NCBI GenBank assembly: GCA_038919385.1
Contig: JBCKZH010000003.1
Location: forward strand, 1,207-65,206
From: Vicinamibacterales bacterium
GTDB taxonomy: Bacteria; Acidobacteriota; Vicinamibacteria; Vicinamibacterales; UBA2999
Reading direction: 5' to 3'
DNA length: 64,000 nucleotides
Both the position numbers and the translations under genes were made by a program. The notes beneath the pieces are model-generated. The model was not told the origin of the DNA and did no database searches. It saw only the letters and a program-made list of their open reading frames with translations. Below, one piece after another: positions 22,517 through 31,876 of the stretch. Position 1 is the first letter of the stretch; every line of letters starts with the position of its first letter.

Positions 22517-22675
22517 GAATACACTCCCGTGAAGGGAGCGAAGCCTCGCTGGCGCGGGCAGGGACCGCTCGTTAGTTGCTCCGCAGTATACGGCCTGGCT
22601 GATCTCGGAAGGTCATCTCTTGTCTTGTCACTTCGCGCAATGTCTTCGGTTCGCCCGCCCGTGTGACAATGGCGC

Positions 22676-23836
22676 GTGCTCCATCCACGCATCGCGATCG
22701 CCGAGTCGCCCTCCTCGGCAGCGGAGTGGATTGAGTCGTGGCAAGGCGAGAACACCGGCGGCAGCGTGATCGCGGCGCCGGCCCCGGCGGAGTGGCCGTT
22801 CCGTTATCCGCTGGCACCGGTCCTGCCGGCTGGTCCGGTCGTCCTCCGCGCGAATGCGTTCGAAGAGGCCTTCGTCAACCACCAGACCAACGGCACGCAA
22901 CTGGTCACCACGCAGCAGGCGTATCTCGAGCAGGAATGGTCGGCCGCTCTCGCCACGCGTGACGACGCGTGGTTGCTGCTCGTCTGCACACCAGCACCGC
23001 AGCACTACATCACCACAGCACCTTTGCCTCGGGCGTTCCGCGTCTCCGATTCGGCCGAGCGCCTCGCCTTGTGCGTCGACGCGCTCGGCGCCGGCCGCAC
23101 CGCTCCCGCCCTGATCGCGACCGCGAGCGTCTGTATGGAGGTGAACGACCTCGAGGCGGCATCGCGCGATCTCGATGAAGCCCTCGCGCTCGCCCCGCGG
23201 TGGGCCGCCGCGCACTATGAACGAGGCAAGCTTTGTCTGCGGCGCGACGACATGCCCCAGGCCGCCGAAGCCTTTCAAGCCGCCGCCAACCTGCTGCCGT
23301 CATTCGCGCCGGCGTGGTCCAACTTGGGCGCCACCCTCGGAGAACTGGATCGGCCGGCCGAGGCGCTCACGGCGTTCGACCACGCCCTGGTCCTCGATCC
23401 CGCCAGTGCCCAGGCCCTCAACAACGTGGGCGTGGTCCGCCGTGAACTGGGCCGCCTGCCGGAATCTGAAGCGGCCTTCCGGCAGGTCATCCAACTGACC
23501 CCAGGCATGGCCTTTGGCCATTACAATCTCGGGCATACACTGTTTTTACAGGGACGCTTCCAGGCCGCGCTATCAGCCTATGCTGAGGGTCAGGCCCGCG
23601 ACCCGGAAAGAAACCCGGTGCAGGCCGCGCGACTGGCCCTGTGCCGGGTCGCGACCGGCGATGCGGAAGGCGCGCTGACGGAATTGCGCCGCGCCACCGC
23701 AGGGTTGCCGCGGGAATACCGGCAGCAGCTGTTGGCCGACACCAGCGCGATCTTGTGGGCGCTCGTCACGCAGCAGCCGGGGTTGGACGGATGGCAGCCG
23801 GTCTACGCGTGGGTCACGGCCGAGCTGAAGGGGTGA
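22676..23836 (+). CDS. TPR-repeat protein
   Basis: 386 aa. The C-terminal half has repeated A-x3-F/Y-x2-A-L-x2-P patterns (AAHYERGKLCLRRDDMPQAAEAFQAAANLLP, APAWSNLGATLGELDRPAEALTAFDHALVLDP, AQALNNVGVVRRELGRLPESEAAFRQVIQLTP). The start (GTG) is uncertain. Confidence 0.75.
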   Translation: MLHPRIAIAESPSSAAEWIESWQGENTGGSVIAAPAPAEWPFRYPLAPVLPAGPVVLRANAFEEAFVNHQTNGTQLVTTQQAYLEQEWSAALATRDDAWLLLVCTPAPQHYITTAPLPRAFRVSDSAERLALCVDALGAGRTAPALIATASVCMEVNDLEAASRDLDEALALAPRWAAAHYERGKLCLRRDDMPQAAEAFQAAANLLPSFAPAWSNLGATLGELDRPAEALTAFDHALVLDPASAQALNNVGVVRRELGRLPESEAAFRQVIQLTPGMAFGHYNLGHTLFLQGRFQAALSAYAEGQARDPERNPVQAARLALCRVATGDAEGALTELRRATAGLPREYRQQLLADTSAILWALVTQQPGLDGWQPVYAWVTAELKG

Positions 23837-23840
23837 CGAG

Positions 23841-25586
23841 ATGAACGACGGAATCGGCTCAAGTCCAGCGTGGCAGTTGCTGCGCGACCGTGGGATGCGC
23901 CTCGCCGTGGGCCTGGCGATCGTCGTCGCCATCCCGATGGCGGTGCTGTTCTACTTCCAGTTCAGATCGCTCAACGACATCGAGAAGACCTCGACCATCG
24001 TCCTGCGCCAGTTGAGCAGCGACACCGCCGATTCGCTGACCGAGACCGTGGAGGGGTACCTGAAGCGGCCCTACCTGAGCGTGCTGCTCCGCGTGCCGCA
24101 GGCCCGCACCGAGCCCCTCGACCTGTCGTGGATCGATCCGATCATGCACGAGGCGCTGCAGGAGAGTCCCTTTGTCACGTCGTTCTTCGTGTGGACCGAG
24201 CGCGGTCCGAACGGGAACAAGTGGCTCGCATACGACCATCAGTCGGATACTCAACCCACCGGCGATCTCGGCAGCCGCTTCCGCGAAGACACGGTCTTTG
24301 GCCCCAAGCTGTTGCCGCGGCTCCATCAACTGGTCAAGGCGCGGATGGTGATTGTCGCCTTCACCGAGGTAATCAACGGCCGCCAGTACTACGTGCAGGC
24401 CCAGCTCCGCTTCGAGTCGTTCGCCCGAGAGCGCATGACCAGCGTCGTCGCGCTGGCGGTCGACGCCGAACGCCTGCGCACGGAGTTCATCCCGGCGCTG
24501 CTGCGCGATCGGCTGGCCAACGTGCAACAGCCGGTGGGCTTCCCGTCGCTCGAGGCGGCGGTGCTGGCCGAGGACGGAACGCGGATCTTCGAATCGAACC
24601 CGGCGCGGTCCGATGACATGCCCGTGGATGAGCGCAACTTCGCCATCATCTTCTTCGACAAGGAACTGCTGGCGTTCGCCGCGCCCTACGAACAGCAGCG
24701 TGAAATCTGGGGTCTGCGCACCGGATACGGGCCGCTCCCGATTCCCGAAATCGTCAGCGCCAGCACACGGCCGCAAAGGGCGCTGATGGTGGTGCTCGCG
24801 GTGGCGATGGCGCTCGGCGTGTTCCTGGTGGCCGGCGCCGCGGCCCGCGAAGTGCGGGTCGCCGAACTGAAGTCGAACTTCGTGGCGTCGGTGTCGCACG
24901 ACCTCAAGACGCCGCTCGCGCTGATTCAACTGTTTGCCGAAACGCTGGAACTCGGCCGCGTCCGGACGCCGGAACGCGCACAGGAGTACTACCAGATCAT
25001 CAACGGCGAAGCCAAGAAACTGACCCGCCTGATCGAGAACATGCTCGACTTCTCGCGCATGGAAGCGGGGCTGCGGCCTTACCGCATGGCGCCGGCCGAT
25101 CTGGGCGAGGTCGTGACCCGCGTACTGGCGCGCATGGAGACGCAGTTCTCGCAGGGCCACTTCGTCGTCAACACGCAGATTGCACCCGGGCTGCCGCGCG
25201 TGCTGGCCGATGAGGGCGCCACCGAACAGGCGATCGAGAACCTGCTCGCCAACGCCGTCAAGTATTCCGGTGATGCGAAACACATCGACGTCCACGCGCG
25301 GCGGGCGGGCGACCATCTCGAGATCGGCGTGACCGATCACGGCATCGGTATTTCGCGACGCGAGCAGGCCCGTATCTTCCGCAAGTTCTACCGCGTGCAG
25401 CGCGAGCTGGGCGGCGGGCCGCAGGGCACCGGCCTCGGCCTGGCGATCGTCGATCACACCATGCGCGGCCATGGCGGCTTCGCGCGCGTGACGAGCGAGC
25501 CGCAACAGGGCAGCACCTTTACGCTGCACTTCCCGATTCCCGGGGAGAAGGTCTTCGAACCGACACTGGCAGAGTCCACACGATGA
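23841..25586 (+). CDS. sensor histidine kinase (HisKA plus HATPase_c)
   Basis: 581 aa. N-terminal TM, H-box SHDLKTPLALIQLFAETL, N-box LLANAVKYS, G-boxes DHGIGI and GTGLGLAIV. Confidence 0.92.
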   Translation: MNDGIGSSPAWQLLRDRGMRLAVGLAIVVAIPMAVLFYFQFRSLNDIEKTSTIVLRQLSSDTADSLTETVEGYLKRPYLSVLLRVPQARTEPLDLSWIDPIMHEALQESPFVTSFFVWTERGPNGNKWLAYDHQSDTQPTGDLGSRFREDTVFGPKLLPRLHQLVKARMVIVAFTEVINGRQYYVQAQLRFESFARERMTSVVALAVDAERLRTEFIPALLRDRLANVQQPVGFPSLEAAVLAEDGTRIFESNPARSDDMPVDERNFAIIFFDKELLAFAAPYEQQREIWGLRTGYGPLPIPEIVSASTRPQRALMVVLAVAMALGVFLVAGAAAREVRVAELKSNFVASVSHDLKTPLALIQLFAETLELGRVRTPERAQEYYQIINGEAKKLTRLIENMLDFSRMEAGLRPYRMAPADLGEVVTRVLARMETQFSQGHFVVNTQIAPGLPRVLADEGATEQAIENLLANAVKYSGDAKHIDVHARRAGDHLEIGVTDHGIGISRREQARIFRKFYRVQRELGGGPQGTGLGLAIVDHTMRGHGGFARVTSEPQQGSTFTLHFPIPGEKVFEPTLAESTR

Positions 25587-26269
25587 AACGAATTCTGGTG
25601 ATTGAAGACGAGCCGCAAATGCGGCTCGGCCTGCGTGACAACCTCGAGCTCGAAGGCTATGAAGTCGAAACCGCGGTCGATGGCGACGACGGCCTGGTGA
25701 AGGCCGCCGCGTTCTCGCCCGACCTGGTCATTCTCGACGTCATGCTACCGAAGAAGAACGGCTTCGACGTGTGCCGCGAGCTGCGCGCGAAATCGATCGC
25801 GACGCCGATCGTCATGCTGACCGCCCGCTCGGCCGAAACCGACAAGGTGCTCGGCCTGGAACTGGGCGCGGACGACTACGTCACCAAGCCGTTCTCGATT
25901 ACCGAGCTGCTGGCGCGCGTGCGCGCCGTGCTGCGGCGCACCGGCACGGGTACGCCCAAGCCCACGGCCGACGTCATCAGCATCGGCGACATCGAGATCG
26001 ATTTCAAGCTGCACCAGGCCCGCCGCGGCAAGGTGCGCATCGAGTTCACCGCCCGCGAGTTCGACCTGCTCCGCTACTTCGTCCAGCACACCGGACAGGT
26101 GGTCACCCGCGAGCAGATCCTGAACGAGGTCTGGGGCTACGAGGAGTTTCCGACCACGCGCACCATCGACAACTTCGTCGCCAAGCTGCGGCAGAAGATC
26201 GAACGCTCACCCCACGCCCCGGAGCACATCCTCACGATTCACGGCTCGGGATATAAGTTCGTCGGGTAG
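25583..26269 (+). CDS. OmpR-family response regulator
   Basis: 228 aa. ILVIEDEP and DLVILDVMLPKKNGF receiver; winged-helix tail EHILTIHGSGYKF. 4-nt overlap with the kinase. Confidence 0.93.
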   Translation: MKRILVIEDEPQMRLGLRDNLELEGYEVETAVDGDDGLVKAAAFSPDLVILDVMLPKKNGFDVCRELRAKSIATPIVMLTARSAETDKVLGLELGADDYVTKPFSITELLARVRAVLRRTGTGTPKPTADVISIGDIEIDFKLHQARRGKVRIEFTAREFDLLRYFVQHTGQVVTREQILNEVWGYEEFPTTRTIDNFVAKLRQKIERSPHAPEHILTIHGSGYKFVG

Positions 26270-26312
26270 GGCTGGTCGGGCGGGTGGGGCTGGTGAGGTA
26301 GAATCACGGCCA

Positions 26313-27203
26313 ATGGAACCCAAGAACATTCTGCTCGCGGGCATGATCCTGATCGGGGTCGTGTACTTCATCTTCTGGTTTACCACCGTGTCGCGGCAGC
26401 GGGCGGCGGCCGGCCACTCGCCCCTGGCGCCCCAGCCGGCCACCCTCGGCATTTCGTTCGTGGCGAACTTCTTCGACACGCTCGGCATCGGCTCGTATGC
26501 CACCACCACCTCGATGTTCCGCTTCTGGAACGTGGTGCGTGACGAGAAGATCCCCGGCACGCTGAACGTCGGCTACGTGCTGCCCACCACCGTCCAGGCC
26601 ATCATCTACATCACCATCGTCGAGGTGGACTTCGTCACGCTGGTCGCCATCATCGCCGCCGCCGCGGTCGGCGCCTGGCTCGGGGCGAGCGTGGTCGCCA
26701 GTCTGCCCCGCCGGCAGGTGCAGATCGGGATGGGCTTCGCATTGCTGGGCGCGGCCACGCTGATGCTGCTATCGCTCACCGGCATTGGCCCGGCCCCGGG
26801 CATCGCGCTGGGCGTGTCGGGCGCGAAACTCGGCATCGCCGTCATTATCTCGGCCTTCCTCGGTGCGCTGATGATGCTCGGCATCGGCTACTACGCGCCG
26901 TGCCTGATCATGATCAGCCTGCTCGGCATGAACCCGACCGCGGCGTTTCCCATCATGATGGGCGCCTGCGCGTTCCTGATGCCGACGGGCAGCCTGCAGT
27001 TCATTCGCAAGCAAAGCTACGACCTGCGCGCCGCGATCGGCCTGATGATCGGCGGCCCGCTGGCCGTGCTGATCGCCGCGTTCATCGTGAAGTCGCTGCC
27101 GCTCGATTACGTCCGCTGGGGTGTCGTGGTCGTGGTGATCTACACTGCCGTCGGGATGTTGCAGACCGCGGCGAAAGAGCGCGGGATGAAAAAGGCCGCG
27201 TAG
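26313..27203 (+). CDS. TauE/SafE (DUF81)-like anion permease
   Basis: 296 aa, about 8 hydrophobic helices arranged as two halves. Family assignment is from overall look only (FFDTLGIGSYATTT, GIGYYAPCLIMISLLG). Confidence 0.5.
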   Translation: MEPKNILLAGMILIGVVYFIFWFTTVSRQRAAAGHSPLAPQPATLGISFVANFFDTLGIGSYATTTSMFRFWNVVRDEKIPGTLNVGYVLPTTVQAIIYITIVEVDFVTLVAIIAAAAVGAWLGASVVASLPRRQVQIGMGFALLGAATLMLLSLTGIGPAPGIALGVSGAKLGIAVIISAFLGALMMLGIGYYAPCLIMISLLGMNPTAAFPIMMGACAFLMPTGSLQFIRKQSYDLRAAIGLMIGGPLAVLIAAFIVKSLPLDYVRWGVVVVVIYTAVGMLQTAAKERGMKKAA

Positions 27204-27216
27204 GATAGGGAGCCCC

Positions 27217-28173
27217 ATGACACGACACTCCGCGCTCGTTCTGGTCTTGTTCCTGGGATGGTCCGCCTCCGTAGCGGGCAATCCGAATGCGCGAATCTTC
27301 TTCCTCGACCTGCGCGGCAAGATCGTGTCTGCCACACCAGATGGCGCCGATCGGCAGGTCGTGATTGAGGGCTTGAAAGGCCAACCCGACGGCATTGCCA
27401 TCGACGTCGAAGCCGGACACATCTACTGGACCAACATGGGCGACTCCGCCGCCGACGATGGCTCGATTGAGCGGTCGAATCTGGATGGCTCGAACGTCAC
27501 GACCATTGTGAAGACCGGCGGCACGTGGACCGGCAAGCAGCTGGTGCTCGACCAGCAGAACGGGAAGCTCTATTGGTCCGATCGCGAAGGCCTGCGCGTG
27601 ATGCGCGTGAATCTCGACGGAACCGGACTAGAGACCCTGGTCGAGACCGGCCGCGGCGATGAGGCGCGCAAGGACCAGCGCAACTGGTGCGTCGGCATGG
27701 CGGTGGACGTCGCCGGCGGCAAGATCTACTGGACGCAAAAGGGTGGCGATAACGCCAACGCCGGCACCATTCGTCGCGCCAATCTCAACATCCCGCGCGG
27801 GCAAACGGCGCTGAACCGCGCCGACATCGAAGTGCTCTTCGATGGCCTGCCCGAACCGATCGACCTCGAACTCGACCTCGACCTCGCGAAGCGCCATCTC
27901 TATTGGACCGATCGCGGGAACCCGCCCGACGGCAACACCGTGAATCGCGCGTCAATGGACAGCCCCCGCAGCCGCACGATTCTGGCCGGTGGCTTCGACG
28001 AAACGATTGGGATTGCGCTCGACATCGCGGGCGGGCGGATGTTTCTGACCGATTTGCGCGGGAGCGTCTACAGCCTGAAGCTGGACGGCTCCGATCGCAA
28101 GACGCTGTTCACAGGGCAAGGCATGCTGACCGGGATTGCGTTCGTGGGCGTGATGCCGAACTCGTCGCGATAG
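27217..28173 (+). CDS. secreted YWTD (LDL-receptor class B-like) beta-propeller protein
   Basis: 318 aa. Signal peptide, then blades marked by HIYWTN, KLYWSD, KIYWTQ, HLYWTD and RMFLTD. Confidence 0.7.
   Translation: MTRHSALVLVLFLGWSASVAGNPNARIFFLDLRGKIVSATPDGADRQVVIEGLKGQPDGIAIDVEAGHIYWTNMGDSAADDGSIERSNLDGSNVTTIVKTGGTWTGKQLVLDQQNGKLYWSDREGLRVMRVNLDGTGLETLVETGRGDEARKDQRNWCVGMAVDVAGGKIYWTQKGGDNANAGTIRRANLNIPRGQTALNRADIEVLFDGLPEPIDLELDLDLAKRHLYWTDRGNPPDGNTVNRASMDSPRSRTILAGGFDETIGIALDIAGGRMFLTDLRGSVYSLKLDGSDRKTLFTGQGMLTGIAFVGVMPNSSR
27962..28140 (+). repeat. left copy of a ~179-bp imperfect direct repeat (3' end of the beta-propeller gene)
   Basis: By-eye alignment to 31611-31789 gives about 15 mismatches, with a core of ~105 bp carrying a single mismatch. 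Confidence 0.9.
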
Positions 28174-28499
28174 ATTCGGGATGGGCCAGCTTCAGAACTA
28201 CGGTACGCGGGCAGTGTTGCTGCCCGCGTCGACGCCGTCGCACGAGCGCACAACGACCGCTTGCGCGAAGTCGAGCAGAAGCTGGGCGCGGTCGCCGGCC
28301 TGTATCCCAACCAAAGGCCGGTTCGGTCGCCGATTGTGCTCGACGATCACGTTGTCACGAATGCTGCCGGTGGCGATATTGGTCACCCAGATCCCCAATC
28401 GAGGCGTGCCGCCCCGGCGATACCGAAGCGTCCCGTATCCCGGACGATACTGCCACCCCTGAAGACCACGCCCAATAATTCCCGCAGCGACCCATTCGG

Positions 28500-29144
28500 C
28501 GTGCGAAGGCTATTGAAGTCCGCTGCCGACCCCGGCGGCGAAGACATCGACGCGATCGAACACGGGCTCGCCCTCGTGGCCTGGTGGGATTGATGGATCC
28601 GCCGCGCCAGGAAGCGGCGGACGCCGTGCGCCTGTGCCAATCCGCCGGGATCACGTGGTGACGGCGCGAGCCATCGGACGACAGTTGGGCATTCTGGCGG
28701 ATGGCGAGGCGGTGATGTCGGGGCCGGAACTGGCGCAACTCTCCGATGAGGAATTCGCCGGGCGCGTCGAACACATTCGCGTCTACGCGCGCACCGACCC
28801 CGCGCAGAAAATCCGGATCGTTCAAGCGCCGCAGGCCAACGGCGAGTTCGTGGCCATGACCGGTGATGGGGTCAACGACGCCCCCGCGCTCAAAGCCGCC
28901 GACATCGGCGTGGCGATGGGGAAGAGCGGCATGGACGTCGCGCGCGAGGCGGCCAGCCTGGGGGATCATGTCGCGCAAGCCGCGCCCCCCGAAGGAGAGC
29001 ATCTTCGCGCATGACATGTGGCAGCACATGATGTGGGTCGGCCTGCTGATGGGTGGCGTGTGCCTGTTCGCGCAAGCGTTCGCGATATACAGCGGGTGGG
29101 AAAACTGGCAGACGATCGTGTTCACCGTGCTGGCGCTCTTGGGC
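28500..29144 (+). pseudogene. P-type (cation-transporting) ATPase fragment with frameshifts and internal deletions
   Basis: [24 protein letters not shown] then a frame break; [62 protein letters not shown] (hinge motif); a missing block; then [26 protein letters not shown]...QTIVFTVLALLG in another frame. Homology stops at about 29144. Confidence 0.8.
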
Positions 29145-30117
29145 CGGCTGTGGCCGCCGCGGCGGCGACGGGGGCGTCGCCGGCTCGCCCTCGAGAATGG
29201 CCGCCCGGGCCTGCTGCAGCGTCTGCGCGACCGCCAACGTCAGCTGCGCGACCTCGGGCCACCCGCGCAGGCGCGCGAGCTGCGCCGTCAACTGCAGATT
29301 CTTGGTGATGAGCCGCTGGTGCTCGCGCTCGAGGAGCCGACTGATCTGGCGGAGCGTCTCGACCTCGCGTTCGTCAGTGAGCGACACCACGGTGTCGGCA
29401 GTCGATCATCAACGCGGATCCGAGGCAAGCGAAAACCAGCGTGAGCGCGGGCGGCGTGAGCACCATGCGCCCGACCAGCGCGCTGCCATCGAGAAACAGA
29501 TCGAGCTCGCTGACGGTGAGTGTCATCGGCCCAGCGGGCCTCGTCACGCCACCGCGCCGCGAAGCGCCCACGCTCCAGGCGTTTCACGTACAGACAGAGT
29601 CCCGTCCCGTCGAAGTGCAACACCTTGGCGCGGATCCGATCCCGGCTGACGAACAAAACAACGTCACCACTGAGGGGATTCCGCGCCAAGCGCTCCGTCA
29701 CCATCCCACAGAGGCTATCGAAGCCCTTGCGCATGTCGGTCGGCGCCGTCTGCGCGTAGACCCCGACGCGCCGCCCGGCCCACCTCATCGCAAGCGCGCG
29801 ACCAACTGCGCGGCTCCGTCCAGGTCGAGGCCCTCGATGCGGACGCCGGCGCGCTCGATGAACACGACGACGCCGGGCCGCGCGGCGTCCGCCTCGGCCA
29901 CCACCTGCACCGGCCGGAACCGGGTGTCCTGCGCCCACCGCCGTAAACTCACTGGGGCAATGCCGAGCGCCGTGGCCACCGTCCGGAGTCCGTCACCCCG
30001 GCGCTCACCGAGCTCCCGTCGTACCTGTCGTCGGAATCGTTGTACCGCGTCGTCCATCGGCCTCCTCCTCGCGCGGAGACTGTGACCGATGCTTTGCCGC
30101 TTGCCCAGACGGGGCAC
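29145..30117 (-). mobile_element. IS66-family element remnant: tnpA, frameshifted tnpB, and only ~80 N-terminal codons of the transposase tnpC
   Basis: tnpB-like MRWAGRRVGVYAQTAPTDMRKGFDSLCGMVTERLARNPLSGDVVLFVSRDRIRAKVLHFDGTGLCLYVKRLERGRF continues in another frame (MTLTVSELDLFLDGSAL). The coiled-coil tnpC N-terminus MVSLTDEREVETLRQISRLLEREHQRLITKNLQL abuts the ATPase fragment. No inverted repeats identified. Confidence 0.75.
29785..30057 (-). CDS. IS66 Orf1 (TnpA) accessory protein
   Basis: ORF 29785..30117. MDDAVQRFRRQVRRELGERRGDGLRTVATALGIAPVSLRRWAQ (HTH) ... FRPVQVV ... VRIEGLDLDGAAQLVARLR. ATGA overlap with tnpB. Confidence 0.7.
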   Translation of the reverse strand: MDDAVQRFRRQVRRELGERRGDGLRTVATALGIAPVSLRRWAQDTRFRPVQVVAEADAARPGVVVFIERAGVRIEGLDLDGAAQLVARLR

Positions 30118-30139
30118 GGCGAGGCATTACTTTCTTCGG

Positions 30140-30300
30140 ACCACTTGTTACTGGAGAATGGCCTCGGGTGAGACCAAGGTTTTCGGACCACGAGCGACTA
30201 CAACACGGTCCGGCCGCACAGCTCGCTGTAGAATCGCGCGCCCGACCAGTTTGCTCAGCTCTCGAGGCGGGCTCGGCGGCTTCAATCTACTTGACCGATA
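30140..30300 (+). pseudogene. C-terminal scrap of an rve-type (IS3/IS481-like) transposase with an in-frame stop
   Basis: Own translation: TTSDYNTVRPHSSL*NRAPDQFAQL, matching the conserved YNxxRPHSxLGYxTPxxF tail of DDE integrases. Confidence 0.6.
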
Positions 30301-30539
30301 CGCGTAGGACGACGTAACTCGACTGTCCACCGAATCGGATCACGTCCATTCTGAACTCAAGGCTGGAACGCTCTCCAGCATCATTCGCCAGTCCGGTCGG
30401 GCAAGAAGTCTCTTCGAAAGCTAGCCCTCACCGGGCCCTCGGCCGCATCCGGCTGAAGCCGGACTCCACAGACTGGCCGGACCCTACTGTTGTCTCGCCG
30501 CGACCTCGTAACCGGCTTCGTCGCCCATCCGATCCATAC

Positions 30540-30700
30540 CATCTCGCTGCTCGTGCCCCGAAACGTGTGTGTCAGGAGGTGTCGGACGGTGATGGCGGCC
30601 CAGGCGGCCGGAACCAACGTACTTGCGGATCGGATCGTCCAGTCGCAAAGCGCCGTCATCCACTCGTGGGGCGTCGCGCGCATCCAGCTCTCTCACATAC
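30540..30700 (-). pseudogene. fragment of a serine hydrolase / class C beta-lactamase-family gene, frameshifted
   Basis: LRLDDPIRKYV in one frame and ITVRHLLTHT in another, matching the LDDxVxKYxP...ITxRHLLTHTSG block of that family. Confidence 0.5.
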
Positions 30701-30790
30701 CGACGTCATGCGCAGCAGGGTGGCCAGCAACGTGTCGCGAACGCGCGCCCTGCGAACGGGAGACGGTTTCTGATGCTGCGGTCGATCTGC

Positions 30791-31279
30791 TCATGCCGCC
30801 GGTTTGCGCTTCAGGGTGAACGCCACACGGTAGCCGGCCAGGTCCGCAAGCTTGAGCAGCTGAAGGAGCTGTTTGGATCCCCGGTTCTCCTCCAGCAGGC
30901 GTACGACTTGCGACGGCGAGGTCCCGAGCGCGTCGGCCACGACACGGACGGAGAGTTCCGAGGCATCAAGCTTGTTGCGCAAGACGCGCTTCAGTTGATT
31001 AATCGGAGACCAGTCGTAGGTGGGATCACAAACGTAGAGAACGAAATCTGCCGGCAAGTCGCCGCGGGTCCCGTCGGCGAGTGCATACGTTGCGCCCTGG
31101 CCGCCCAGTTCCGCATCAATATCGATCGACACGAAACGATTCCTGGCGCTGATCCGGTTCCCTTTGAGCGCCGAAAACGGCAGAGCGTAGCGTGTCAGCT
31201 TCCGCCCCTCTTGCAGCGTGATGTCCAGCACGCTCTTGCGGTAGTTCGGCTCAATGGCCTTGAACGTTGGGTTTCTCAT
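30791..31279 (-). CDS. DUF2442-like N-terminal domain fused to a C-terminal helix-turn-helix
   Basis: ORF 30791..31306. MRNPTFKAIEPNYRKSVLDITLQEGRKLTRYALPFSAL... then SELSVRVVADALGTSPSQVVRLLEENRGS. Family assignment from memory. Confidence 0.5.
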   Translation of the reverse strand: MRNPTFKAIEPNYRKSVLDITLQEGRKLTRYALPFSALKGNRISARNRFVSIDIDAELGGQGATYALADGTRGDLPADFVLYVCDPTYDWSPINQLKRVLRNKLDASELSVRVVADALGTSPSQVVRLLEENRGSKQLLQLLKLADLAGYRVAFTLKRKPAA

Positions 31280-31469
31280 TGAAGGCGCCTTCCTCCCGGA
31301 GCGCATCGAGGGCCTTTCGCGCGTTCGGCGTGAGCGTGCCCGCCATCACGGTCCATGACTCAAGGCTGAATTTCAGTAGACGCTTGCCGTCCTCGAAGAC
31401 GTGGACATGTCGCGGGTCGTGGTCGGTTGCGTACAACACGACGATGACGCCGCCCCGCTTCCAGCGCAC
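31251..31469 (-). CDS. DUF4160-family small protein
   Basis: ORF 31251..31547. The likely start is the in-frame GTG at 31469, giving (M)RWKRGGVIVVLYATDHDPRHVHVFEDGKRLLKFSLESWTVMAGTL. The DHxPxHxHV block is the DUF4160 hallmark as I recall it. Confidence 0.55.
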   Translation of the reverse strand: MRWKRGGVIVVLYATDHDPRHVHVFEDGKRLLKFSLESWTVMAGTLTPNARKALDALREEGAFNEKPNVQGH

Positions 31470-31610
31470 TGATGATGTGTATCCCGAATTGGATACATAT
31501 GTCAATGCGCCCGTGCTCTCGGTGCCAACAAGATGAGGCCGTCGCATTCCATGGCGCTCCTCGTCTACAGCGCCGGCTTCGATACCTCGTACGCGCCACG
31601 CGCGCGAATG

Positions 31611-31789
31611 GCCCCCGCCGCCGCACCATCCTGGCCGGTGGCTTCGACGAAACGATTGGGATTGCGCTCGACATCGCGGGCGGGCGGATGTTCCTGACCG
31701 ATTTGCGCGGGAGCGTCTACAGCCTGAAGCTCAACGGCTCGGATCGCAAGACGCTGTTCACGGGACAGGGCATCCTCACCGGTCTTGCC
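31611..31789 (+). repeat. right copy of the ~179-bp imperfect direct repeat
   Basis: See 27962-28140. Confidence 0.9.
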
Positions 31790-31840
31790 CACGCCGACCT
31801 CACGCGCGCCACGACCACGCGCGCGCGAAAGCAGGACTGA
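31611..31840 (+). pseudogene. orphan 3' fragment of a YWTD beta-propeller gene (last blade only)
   Basis: RRTILAGGFDETIGIALDIAGGRMFLTDLRGSVYSLKLNGSDRKTLFTGQGILTGLAHADLTRATTTRARKQD*. It matches the C-terminus of the 27217..28173 product up to the last ~12 residues. No upstream blades are present. Confidence 0.75.
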
Positions 31841-31876
31841 CGCGGCCGGGCGGCCGCGCCAGCCTGTGTCTCTCGG

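Noticed and set aside
23859-25529. 556-aa minus-strand ORF
   Set aside because: It is antisense to the histidine kinase, whose H, N and G boxes are unambiguous. It is a shadow ORF.
28355-29125. 256-aa minus-strand ORF in the island
   Set aside because: It is antisense to the P-type ATPase fragments, which carry diagnostic motifs ([14 protein letters not shown]). Nothing recognisable appears in this frame.
27962-31789. Calling the repeat-bounded island an active integrative or mobile element
   Set aside because: There is no integrase or recombinase, no intact transposase and no identifiable inverted repeats. The flanking repeats differ at about 8% of positions by eye. It is reported only as a fossil insertion or rearrangement.
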